64,000 bases of DNA from the human T2T-CHM13v2.0 reference genome, Homo sapiens: NCBI RefSeq assembly GCF_009914755.1, contig NC_060937.1. One strand, written 5' to 3'. The stretch's first letter is position 1. Every line of letters begins with the position of its first letter. Shown here piece after piece: positions 1 to 14,300 of this stretch. The translations under genes were made by a program, and so were the position numbers. A model generated the notes under the pieces. The model made no database searches and was not told where the DNA came from. It saw nothing but the letters and a program-made list of their open reading frames with translations.

Positions 1-2921
1 TATCAAAGTACCCAAAGTATGCATTACATACTGTACATAAAATATCAAAGTACACATATTATCTATTATATAATGTACAGAAAATATGAAGGTTCATCAA
101 ATATATATTATATTCTGTACATAATATATCAAAGTACATCAAATATATATTATATACTGTACATAAAATATCAAAGTACCAAAAATATGTATTATATACT
201 GTACATAAAATATGAAAGTAACCAAACATTTATAATAAACTGTACATAAAATATCAAAGTACTCAGTCTACATATTATATACAGTATATAAAATATCAAA
301 GTACACACACTGTATATTATATACTGTACATAATATATCAAAATACCCAGAATATATAGCATACTGTACATACAATATCAAAGTACCCAAAATATATATT
401 GTATACTGTACATAAAATATGAAGGTACATCAAAGATATATTATATTCTGTACATAAAATATCAAACTACACCAAATATATATTATATGCTGTACATAAT
501 ATATTAAAGTTGCCCATATATACATTATATACTGTACATAAAATATGAACGTACATCAAATATATAGTATATGCTGCACATAAAATATCAAAGTACCCAA
601 AGTATGTATTATACACTGTACATAAAATATCAAAGTACCAAAAGTATATATTACATACTGTAAATAAAATATGAACGTACCTCAAATATATATTATATTC
701 TGTACATAAAACATCAAAGTACACCAAGTATATACTATATACTCTGCATAAAATATTAAATTACCCAAAATATGTATTGCATTGTGTACATAAAATATGA
801 AAGTAACCAAACATTTATAATAAACTGTACATAAAATTTCAAAGTACTCAAACTGTATATTATATACTGTACATAAAGTATCAAAGTACCCAAACTGTGT
901 AGTATATACTGTACATAAAATATCAAGGTACCCAAAATATATATTGTAAACTGTAGATAAAATATCAAAGTACCCAAAATATATATTATATACTGTACAT
1001 AAAATACGAAGGCACATCCAATATATACTATATTCTGTACATAAAATATCAAAGTACACCAAATGTATATTATATACTGTACAAAAAATATCAAAGTACC
1101 CAAAGTGTATATTATATACTGTACATAAAATATGAAGGTTCATCAAATATATTTTATATTCTGCACATAATATATCAAAGTACAGCAAATATATATTATA
1201 TACTGTACATAAAATATCAAAGTACCCAAAATATGTATTATATACTGTACATAAAATATGAAAGTAACCAAACATTTATAATAAACTGTACATAAAGTAT
1301 CAAAGTACTCAAACTACATATTATATACAGTATATAAAATGTCAAAGTACCCAAACTGTATATTATATACTGTACATAATATATCAAAGTACCCGAATAT
1401 ATAGCATACTGTACATAAAATATCAAGGTACCCAAAGTGTGTATTATACACTGCACATAAAATATGAAGGTACATAAAATATATATTGTATTCTGTACAT
1501 AAAATATCAAAGTACTCCAAATATATATTATATGCTGTACATAATATATTATAGTCGCCCAAATATATATTATATACTGTACATAAAATATGAAGGTACA
1601 TCAAATATATATTATATGCTGCACATAAAATATCAAAGTACCCAAAGTATGTGTTATATACTGTACATAAAATATCAAAGTACCCAATGTATATATTATA
1701 TACTGTACATAAAATATAAAATACCCCAAATATATATTATATGCTATACATAAAATATCAAAGTACACAAAATATGTATTATATACTGTACATAAAATAC
1801 CAAAGGACCCAAAATATATATTATATACTGTACATAAAATATCAAAATACCCAAAATATATATTATATACTGTACATAAAATACCAAAGTACCCAAAGTA
1901 TATATTATATACCGTACAAAAAATATCAAAGTAGCCAAAATATGTATTATACACTGTACATAATATATGAAAGTACCCAAACATTTATAATAAACTGTAC
2001 ATAAAATATCAATGTACTCAAACTATATAGTATCTGCGGTACATAAGATATCAAAGTACCCATACTATATAGTATATACTGTACTTAAAATATCAAAATA
2101 CCCAAAATATATATTATATACGTTACATAAACTATCAAATACACAAAGTATGTATTATATACTGTACATAAAATAGAAAAGTTCCCAAAATATGTATTAT
2201 ATATATTATAAATATGTACATAAAATATGAAAGTACCCAACCATTTATAATAAACTCTACATAAAACACCAAAGTACCCAAACTGTGTATTATATACTGT
2301 CCATAAAATATCAAAGTACCCAAAATATATATTGTAAACTCTACATAAAATATCAAAGTAGCCAAAATACATATTGTATACTGTACATAAAATATAAAAG
2401 TACCCCAAATATATATTATATACTGTACATAAAATATCAAAGTACCCATAATACATATTATATACTGTACATAAAATATCAAAGGACCCAAAATAAACAT
2501 TATATACTGTACATAAAATATCCAAATACTCAAAATATATATTACATACTGTACATAAAATATCAAAGTACCCAAATTATGTACTATATACTGTATGTAA
2601 AATATCAGAGTACCCAAAATATGCATTATATACTGTACATAAAATATGAAAGTAACAAAACATTTATAATAAACTGTACATAAAATATCAAAGTACTCAA
2701 ACTATATATCATATACTGTACATAAAATATCAAAGTACCCAAACTGTGTATTATTATATACTGTATATAAAATATCAAAGTACCTGAAATATATATTGTA
2801 TACTGTACATAAAATATCAAAGTACCCAAAATATATACTATATACTGTACATAAAATATGAAGGTACATCAAATATATATTATATCCTGTACATAAAATA
2901 ACAAAGTACACCTATTATATA
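1..2921 (+). repeat. HOR type A' (3023 bp), 5'-partial
   Basis: Unit phase is set arbitrarily at the marker 'ttgtgtactgtacataatatattaaatcgccc'. Carries the +10 bp insertion at ~2204. ORF pattern matches 52691-55611 at offset 52,690. Confidence 0.9.
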
Positions 2922-5900
2922 TTGTGTACTGTACATAATATATTAAATCGCCCAAATATATATTGTATACTGTATATAAAATATGAAGGTACTTCAAATA
3001 TATATTATATGCTGCACATAAAATATCAAAGTACCCAAGGTATGCATTACATACTGTACATAAAATATCAAAGTACACAAATTATATATTATATACTGTA
3101 CATAAAATATGTAGGTTCATCAAATATATTTTATATTCTGTACATAATATATCAAAGTACATCAAATATATATTATATACGGTACATAAAATATCAAATT
3201 ACCCAAAATATATATTATTTACTGTACATAAAATATGAAAGTAACCAAACATTTATAATAAACTGTACATAAATTATCAAAGTACTCAATCTACATATTA
3301 TATACAGTATATAAAATATCAAAGTACACAAACTGTATATTATATACTGTACATAATATGTCAAAGTACCCAGAATATATAGCATACTGTACATACAATA
3401 TCAAAGTACCCAAAATATATATTGTATACTGTACATAAAATATGAAGGTACATCAAAGATATATTATATTCTGTACATAAAATATCAAAGTACACCAAAT
3501 ATATATTATATGCTGTACATAATATATTAAAGTTGCCCATGTATACATTTTATACTGTACATAAAATATGAAGGTACATCAAATATATAGTATATGCTGC
3601 ACATAAAATATCAAAGTACCCAAAGTATGTATTATATACTGTACATAAAATATCAAAGTACCAAAAGTATATATTACCTACTGTAAATAAAATGTGAAGA
3701 TACCTCAAATATATATTATATTCTGTACATGAAATATCAAAGTACACCAAGTATATACTATATACTCTACATAAAATATTAAATTACCCAAAATATGTAT
3801 TGTATTGTGTACATAAAATATGAAAATAACCAAACATTTATAATAAACTGTACATAAAATATCAAAGTACTCAAACTTTATATTATATACTGTACATAAA
3901 GTATCAAAGTACCCAAACTGTGTAGTATATACTGTACATAAAATATCAAGGTACCCAAAATGTATATTGTAAACTGTAGATAAAATATCAAAGTACCCAA
4001 AATATATATTATATACTGTACATAAAATATGAAGGCACATCCAATATATATTATATTCTGTACATAAAATATCAAAGTACACCAAATGTATATTATATAC
4101 TGTACATAAAATATAAAACTACCCCAAATATATATTATATACTCTACATAAAATATCAAAGTACCCAAAATATATATTATATACTGTACATAATATATCA
4201 AAGTACCCATAGTATGTATTATATCCTGTACATAAAATATGAAAGTACGTCAAATATATATTCTATTCTGCACATAAAATATCATATTGCACCAAATATA
4301 TATTGTATACTGTATATAAAATATGAAGGTACTTCAAATATATATTATATGCTGCACATAAAATATCAAAGTACCCAAAGTATGCATTATATACTGTACA
4401 TAAAATATCAAAGTACCCAAAGTGTATATTATATACTGTACATAAAATATGAAGGTTCATCAAATATATTTTATATTCTGCACATAATATATCAAAGTAC
4501 AGCAAATATATATTATATACTGTACATAAAATAACAAAGTAACAAAAATATGTATTATATACTGTACATAAAATATGAAAGTAACCAAATATTTATAATA
4601 AACTGTATATAAAATATCAAAGTACTCAAACTACATATTATATACAGTATATAAAATATCAAAGTACCCAAACTATATATTATATACTGTACATACTATA
4701 TCAAAGTACCCGAATATAGAGCATACTGTACATAAAATATCAAATTACCCAAAATATATATTGTATACTGTACATAAAATATGAAGGTACATCAAAGATA
4801 TATTATATTCTGTACATAAAATATCAAAGTACACCAAATATATATTATATGCTGTACAGAATATATTAAAGTCGACCAAATGTATACTATATACTGTACA
4901 TAAAATATGAAGGTACATCAAATATATATTATATGCTGCACATAAAATATCAAAGTACCCAAAGTATGTGTTATATACTCTACATAAAATATCAAAGTAC
5001 CCAAAGTATATATTATATACTGTACATAAAATATAAAATACCCCAAATACATATTATATGCTGTACATAAAATATCAAAGTACACAAAATATGCATTATG
5101 TACTGTACATAAATTATCAAAGGACCCAAAATATATATTATATAATGTACATAAAATATCAAAATACCCAAAATATATATTATATACTGTACATAAAATA
5201 CCAAAGTACCCAAAGTATATATTATATACTGTATAAAAAATATCAAAGTAGCCAAAATATGTATTATACACTGTACATAATATATGAAAGTACCCAAATA
5301 TTTATAATAAACTGTACATAAAATATCAATGTACTCAAACTATATATTATGTGCGGTACTTAAGATATCAAAGTACCCATACTATATAGTATGTACTGTA
5401 CTTAAAATATCAAAATACCCAAAATATATATTATATACGTTACATAAACTATCAAATACACAAAGTATGTATTACATACTGTACATAAAATAGCAAAGTT
5501 CCCAAAATATGTATTATATACTGTACATAAAATATGAAAGTACCCAACCATTTATAATAAACTCTACATAAAATACCAAAGTACCCAAACTGTGTATTAT
5601 ATACTCTCCATAAAATATCAAAGTACCCAAAATATATATTGTCAACTGTACATAAAATATCAAAGTACTCAATCTACATATTATATACAGTATATAAAAT
5701 ATCAAAGTACACAAACTGTATATTATATACTGTACATAATATATCAAAGTACCCAGAATATATAGCATACTGTACTTAAAATATCAAAGTACCCAAAATA
5801 TATATTGTATACTGTACATAAAATATGAAGGTACATCAAAGATATATTATATTCTGTACATAAAATATCAAAGTACACCAAATATATATTATATGCTGTA

Positions 5901-8327
5901 CATAATATATTAAAGTTGCCCATATATACATTATATACTGTACATAAAATATGAACGTACATCAAATATATAGTATATGCTGCACATAAAATATCAAAGT
6001 ACCCAAAGTATGTATTATACACTGTACATAAAATATCAAAGTACCAAAAGTATATATTACATACTGTAAATAAAATATGAAGGTACCTCAAATATATATT
6101 ATATTCTGTACATAAAATATCAAAGTACACCAAGTATATACTATATACTCTGCATAAAATATTAAATTACCCAAAATATGTATTGCATTGTGTACATAAA
6201 ATATGAAAGTAACCAAACATTTATAATAAACTGTACATAAAATATCAAAGTACTCAAACTGTATATTATATACTGTACATAAAGTATCAAAGTACCCAAA
6301 CTGTGTAGTATATACTGTACATAAAATATCAAGGTACCCAAAATATATATTGTAAACTGTAGATAAAATATCAAAGTACCCAAAATATATATTATATACT
6401 GTACATAAAATATGAAGGCACATCCAATATATATTATATTCTGTACATAAAATATCAAAGTACACCAAATGTATATTATATACTGTACATAAAATATCAA
6501 AGTACCCAAAGTGTATATTATATACTGTACATAAACTATGAAGGTTCATCAAATATATTTTATATTCTGCACATAATATATCAAAGTACAGCAAATATAT
6601 ATTATATACTGTACATAAAATATCAAAGTACCCAAAATATGTATTATATACTGTACATAAAATATGAAAGTAACCAAACATTTATAATAAACTGTACATA
6701 AAGTATCAAAGTACTCAAACTACATATTATATACAGTATATAAAATGTCAAAGTACCCAAACTGTATATTATATACTGTACATAATATATCAAAGTACCC
6801 GAATATATAGCATACTGTACATAAAATATCAAAGTACCCAAAGTGTGTATTATACACTGCACATAAAATATGAAGGTACATAAAATATATATTGTATTCT
6901 GTACATAAAATATCAAAGTACTCCAAATATATATTATATGCTGTACATAATATATTAAAGTCGCCCAAATATATATTATATACTGTACATAAAATATGAA
7001 GGTACATCAAATATATATTATATGCTGCACATAAAATATCAAAGTACCCAAAGTATGTGTTATATACTGTACATAAAATATCAAAGTACCCAAAGTATAT
7101 ATTATATACTGTACATAAAATATAAAATACCCCAAATATATATTATATGCTGTACATAAAATATCAAAGTACACAAAATATGTATTATATACTGTACATA
7201 AAATACCAAAGGACCCAAAATATATATTATATACTGTACATAAAATATCAAAATACCCAAAATATATATTATATACTGTACATAAAATACCAAAGTACCC
7301 AAAGTATATATTATATACCGTACAAAAAATATCAAAGTAGCCAAAATATGTATTATACACTGTACATAATATATGAAAGTACCCAAACATTTATAATAAA
7401 CTGTACATAAAATATCAATGTACTCAAACTATATATTATGTGCGGTACATAAGATATCAAATTACCCATACTATATAGTATATACTGTACTTAAAATATC
7501 AAAATACCCAAAATATATATTATATACGTTACATAAACTATCAAATACACAAAGTATGTATTATATACTGTACATAAAATAGCAAAGTTCCCAAAATATG
7601 TATTATATATATTATAAATATGTACATAAAATATGAAAGTACCCAACCATTTATAATAAACTCTACATAAAACACCAAAGTACCCAAACTGTGTTTTATA
7701 TACTGTCCATAAAATATCAAAGTACCCAAAATATATATTGTAAACTCTACATAAAATATCAAAGTAGCCAAAATACATATTGTATACTGTACATAAAATA
7801 TAAAAGTACCCCAAATATATATTATATACTGTACATAAAATATCAAAGTACCCATAATACATATTATATACTGTACATAAAATATCAAAGGACCCAAAAT
7901 AAACATTATATACTGTACATAAAATATCCAAATACTCAAAATATATATTACATACTGTACATAAAATATCAAAGTACCCAAATTATGTATTATATACTGT
8001 ACGTAAAATATCAGAGTACCCAAAATATGCATTATATACTGTACATAAAATATGAAAGTAACAAAACATTTATAATAAACTGTACATAAAATATCAAAGT
8101 ACTCAAACTATATATCATATACTGTACATAAAATATCAAAGTACCCAAACTGTGTATTATTATATACTGTATATAAAATATCAAAGTACCTGAAATATAT
8201 ATTGTATACTGTACATAAAATATCAAAGTACACAAAATATATACTATATACTGTACATAAAATATGAAGGTACATCAAATATATATTATATCCTGTACAT
8301 AAAATATAAAAGTACACCTATTATATA
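2922..8327 (+). repeat. Fused B+A' HOR with 924-bp deletion (5406 bp)
   Basis: Marker spacing 2922->8328 = 5406 = 3307+3023-924. Junction 'gtcaactgtacataaaatatcaaagtactcaatc' at ~5641-5674. Confidence 0.88.
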
Positions 8328-11300
8328 TTGTTTACTGTACATAATATATTAAATCGCCCAAATATATATTGTATACTGTATATAAAATATGAAGGTAATT
8401 CAAATATATATTATAAGCTGCACATAAAATATCAAAGTACCCAAGGTATGCATTACATACTGTACATAAAATATCAAAGTACACAAATTATATATTATAT
8501 ACTGTACATAAAATATGTAGGTTCATCAAATATATTTTATATTCTGTACATAATATATCAAAGTACATCAAATATATATTATATACGGTACATAAAATAT
8601 CAAATTACCCAAAATATGCATTATTTACTGTACATAAAATATGAAAGTAACCAAACATTTATAATAAACTGTACATAAATTATCAAAGTACTCAATCTAC
8701 ATATTATATACAGTATATAAAATATCAAAGTACACAAACTGTATATTATATACTGTACATAATATGTCAAAGTACCCAGAATATATAGCATACTGTACAT
8801 ACAATATCAAAGTACCCAGAATGTATATTCTATACTGTACATAAAATATGATGGTACATCAAAGATATATTATATTCTGTACATAAAATATCAAAGTACA
8901 CCAAATATATATTATATGCTGTACATAATATATTAAAGTTGCCCATGTATACATTTTATACTGTACATAAAATATGAAGGTACATCAAATATATACTATA
9001 TGCTGCACATAAAATATCAAAGTATCCAAAGTATGTATTATATACTGTACATAAAATATCAAAGTACCAAAAGTATATATTACCTACTGTAAATAAAATA
9101 TGAAGGTACCTCAAATATATATTATATTCTGTACATGAAATATCAAAGTACACCAAGTATATACTATATAATCTACATAAAATATTAAATTACCCAAAAT
9201 ATGTATTGTATTGTGTACATAAATTATGAAAGTAACCAAACATTTATAATAAACTGTACATAAAATATCAAAGTACTCAAACATTATATTATATACTGTA
9301 CATAAAGTATCAAAGTACCCAAACTGTGTAGTATATACTGTACATAAAATATCAAGGTACCCAAAATGTATATTGTAAACTGTAGATAAAATATCAAAGT
9401 ACCCAAAATATATATTATATACTGTACATAAAATATGAAGGCACATCCAATATATATTATATTCTGTACATAAAATATCAAAGTACACCAAATGTATATT
9501 ATATACTGTACATAAAATAAAAAACTACCCCAAATATATATTATATACTCTACATAAAATATCAAAGTACCCAAAATATATATTATACACTGTACATAAA
9601 ATATCAAAGTACCCATAGTATGTATTATATCCTGTACATAAAATATGAAGGTACATCAAATATATATTCTATTCTGCACATAAAATATCATATTGCACCA
9701 AATATATATTGTATACTGTATATAAAATATGAAGGTACTTCAAATATATATTATATGCTGCACATAAAATATCAAAGTACCCAAAGTATGCATTACATAC
9801 TGTACATAAAATATCAAAGTACCCAAAGTGTATATTATATACTGTACATAAAATATGAAGGTTCATCAAATATATTTTATATTCTGCAAATAATATATCA
9901 AAGTACAGCAAATATATATTATATACTGTACATAAAATAACAAAGTACCCAAAATATGTATTATATACTGTACATAAAATATGAAAGTAACAAAATATTT
10001 ATAATAAACTGTATATAAAATATCAAAGTACTCAAACTACATATTATATACAGTATATAAAATATCAAAGTACCCAAACTGTATATTATATACTGTACAT
10101 ACTATATCAAAGTACCCGAATATATAGCATACTGTACATAAAATATCAAAGTACCCAAAATATATATTGTATACTGTACATAAAATATGAAGGTACATCT
10201 AAGATATATTATATTCTGTACATAAAATATCAAATTACACCAAATATATATTATATGCTGTACATAATATATTAAAGTCGACCAAATATATATTATATAC
10301 TGTACATAAAATATGAAGATACATCAAATATATATTATATGCTGCACATAAAATATCAAAGTACCCAAAGTATGTATTATACACTGTACATAAAATATCA
10401 AAGTACCAAAAGTATATATTACATACTGTAAATAAAATATGAAGGTACCTCAAATATATATTATATTCTGTACATAAAATGTCAAAGTACACCAAGTATA
10501 TACTATATACTCTGCATAAAATATTAAATTACCCAAAATATGTATTGTATTGTGTACATAAAATATGAAAGTAACCAAACATTTATAATAAACTGTACAT
10601 AAAATATCAAAGTACTCAAACTGTATATTATATACTGTACATAAAGTATCAAAGTACCCAAACTGTGTAGTATATACTGTACATAAAATATCAAGGTACC
10701 CAAAATATATATTGTAAACTGTAGATAAAATATCAAAATACCCAAACTATATATTATATACTGTACATAAAATATGAAGGCACATCAAATATATATTATA
10801 TTCTGTACATGAAATATCAAAGTACACCAAATGTATATTATATACTGTACATAAAATATCAAAGTACCCAAAGTGTATATTATATACTGTACATAAAATA
10901 TGAAGGTTCATCAAATATATTTTATATTCTGCACATAATATATCAAAGTACAGCAAATATATATTATATACTGTACATAAAATATCAAAGTACCCAAAAT
11001 ATGTATTATATACTGTACATAAAATATGAAAGTAACCAAACATTTATAATAAACTGTACATAAAGTAACAAAGTACTCAAACTACATATTATATACAGTA
11101 TATAAAATGCCAAAGTACCCAAACTGTATATTATATACTGTACATAATATATCAAAGTACCCGAATATATAGCATACTGTACATAAAATATCAAAGTACC
11201 CAAAGTGTGTATTATACACTGCACATAAAATATGAAGGTACATAAAATATATATTGTATTCTGTATATAAAATATCAAAGTACTCCAAATATATATTATA

Positions 11301-14300
11301 TGCTGTACATAATATATTAAAGTCGCCCAAATATATATTATATACTGTACATAAAATATGAAGGTACATCAAATATATATTATATGCTGCACATAAAATA
11401 TCAAAGTACCCAAAGTATATATTATATACCGTACAAAAAATATCAAAGTAGCCAAAATATGTATTATACACTGTACATAATATATGAAAGTACCCAAACA
11501 TTTATAATAAACTGTACATAAAATATCAATGTACTCAAACTATATATTATGTGCGCTACATAAGATATCAAAGTACCCATACTATATAGTATATACTGTA
11601 CTTAAAATATCAAAATACCCAAAATATATATTATATACGTTACATAAACTATCAAATACACAAAGTATGTATCATATACTGTACATAAAATAGCAAAGTT
11701 CCCAAAATATGTATTATATACTGTACATAAAATATGAAAGTACCCAACCATTTATAATAAAGTCTACATAAAATACCAAAGTACCCAAACTGTGTATTAT
11801 ATACTGTCCATAAAATATCAAAGGACCCAAAATATATATCGTAAACTCTACATAAAATATCAAAGTAGCCAAAATACATATTGTATACTGTACATAAAAT
11901 ATAAAAGTACCCCAAATATATATTATATACTGTACATAAAATATCAAAGTACCCATAATACATATTATATACTGTACATAAAATATCAAAGGACCCAAAA
12001 TAAACATTATATACTGTACATAAAATATCCAAATACTCAAAATATATATTACATACTGTACATAAAATATCAAAGTACCCAAATTATGTATTATATACTG
12101 TACGTAAAATATCAGAGTACCCAAAATATGCATTATATACTGTACATAAAATATGAAAGTAACAAAACATTTATAATAAACTGTACATAAAATATCAAAG
12201 TACTCAAACTATATATCATATACTGTACATAAAATATCAAAGTACCCAAACTGTGTATTATTACATACTGTATATAAAATATCAAAGTACCTGAAATATA
12301 TATTTTATACGGTACATAAAATATCAAAGTACCCAAAATATGTACTATTTACTGTACATAAAATATGAAAGTAACCAAACTTTTTTAATAAACTGTACAT
12401 AAAATATCAAAGTACTCAATCTACCTATTATATACAGTATATAAAATATCAAAGTACACAAACTGTATATTATATACTGTACATAATATATCAAAATACC
12501 CAGAATATATAGCATACTGTACATACAATATCAAAGTACCCAGAATGTATATTGTATACTGTACATAAAATATGAAGGTACATCAAAGATATATTATATT
12601 CTGTACATAAAATATCAAAGTACACCAAATATATATTATATGCTGTACATAATATATTAAAGTTGCCCATGTATACATTTTATACTGTACATAAAATATG
12701 AAGGTACATCAAATATATAGTATATGCTGCACATAAAATATCAAAGTACCCAAAGTATGTATTATATACTGTACATAAAATATCAAAGTACCAAAAGTAT
12801 ATATTACCTACTGTAAATAAAATATGAAGATACCTCAAATATATATTATATTCTGTACATGAAATATCAAAGTACACCAAGTATATACTATATACTCTAC
12901 ATAAAATATTAAATTACCCACAATATGTATTGTATTGTGTACATAAAATATGAAAGTAACCAAACATTTATAATAAACTGTACATAAAATATCAAAGTAC
13001 TCAAACTTTATATTATATACTGTACATAAAGTATCAAAGTACCCAAACTGTGTAGTATATACTGTACATAAAATATCAAGGTACCCAAAATGTATATTGT
13101 AAACTGTAGATAAAATATCAAAGTACCCAAAATATATATTATATACTGTACATAAAATATGAAGGCACATCCAATATATATTATATTCTGTACATAAAAT
13201 ATCAAAGTACACCAAATGTATATTATATACTGTACATAAAATATAAAACTACCCCAAATATATCTTATATACTGTACATAAAATATCAAAGTACCCAAAA
13301 TATATATTATATACTGTACATAATATATCAAAGTACCCATAGTATGTATTATATCCTGTACATAAAATATGAAAGTACGTCAAATATATATTCTATTCTG
13401 CACATAAAATATCATATTGCACCAAATATATATTGTATACTGTATATAAAATATGAAGGTACTTCAAATATATATTATATGCTGAACATAAAATATCAAA
13501 GTACCCAAAGTATGCATTATATACTGTACATAAAATATCAAAGTACCCAAAGTGTATATTATATACTGTACATAAAATATGAAGGTTCATCAAATATATT
13601 TTATATTCTGCACATAATATATCAAAGTACAGCAAATATATATTATATACTGTACATAAAATAACAAAGTACCAAAAATATGTATTATATACTGTACATA
13701 AAATATGAAAGTAACCAAATATTTATAATAAACTGTATATAAAATATCAAAGTACTCAAACTACATATTATATACAGTATATAAAATATCAAAGTACCCA
13801 AACTATATATTATATACTGTGCATACTATAGCAAAGTACCCGAATATATAGCATACTGTACATAAAATATCAAATTACCCAAAATATATATTGTATACTG
13901 TACATAAAATATGAAGGTACATCAAAGATATATTATATTCTGTACATAAAATATCAAAGTACACCAAATATATATTATATGCTGTACAGAATATATTAAA
14001 GTCGACCAAATGTATATTATATACTGTACATAAAATATGAAGGTACATCAAATATATATTATATGCTGCACATAAAATATCAAAGTACCCAAAGTATGTG
14101 TTATATACTGTACATAAAATATCAAAGTACCCAAAGTATATATTATATACTGTACATAAAATATAAAATACCCCAAATATATATTATATGCTGTACATAA
14201 AATATCAAAGTACACAAAATATGCATTATGTACTGTACATAAATTATCAAAGGACCCAAAATATATATTATATAGTGTACATAAAATATCAAAATACCCA

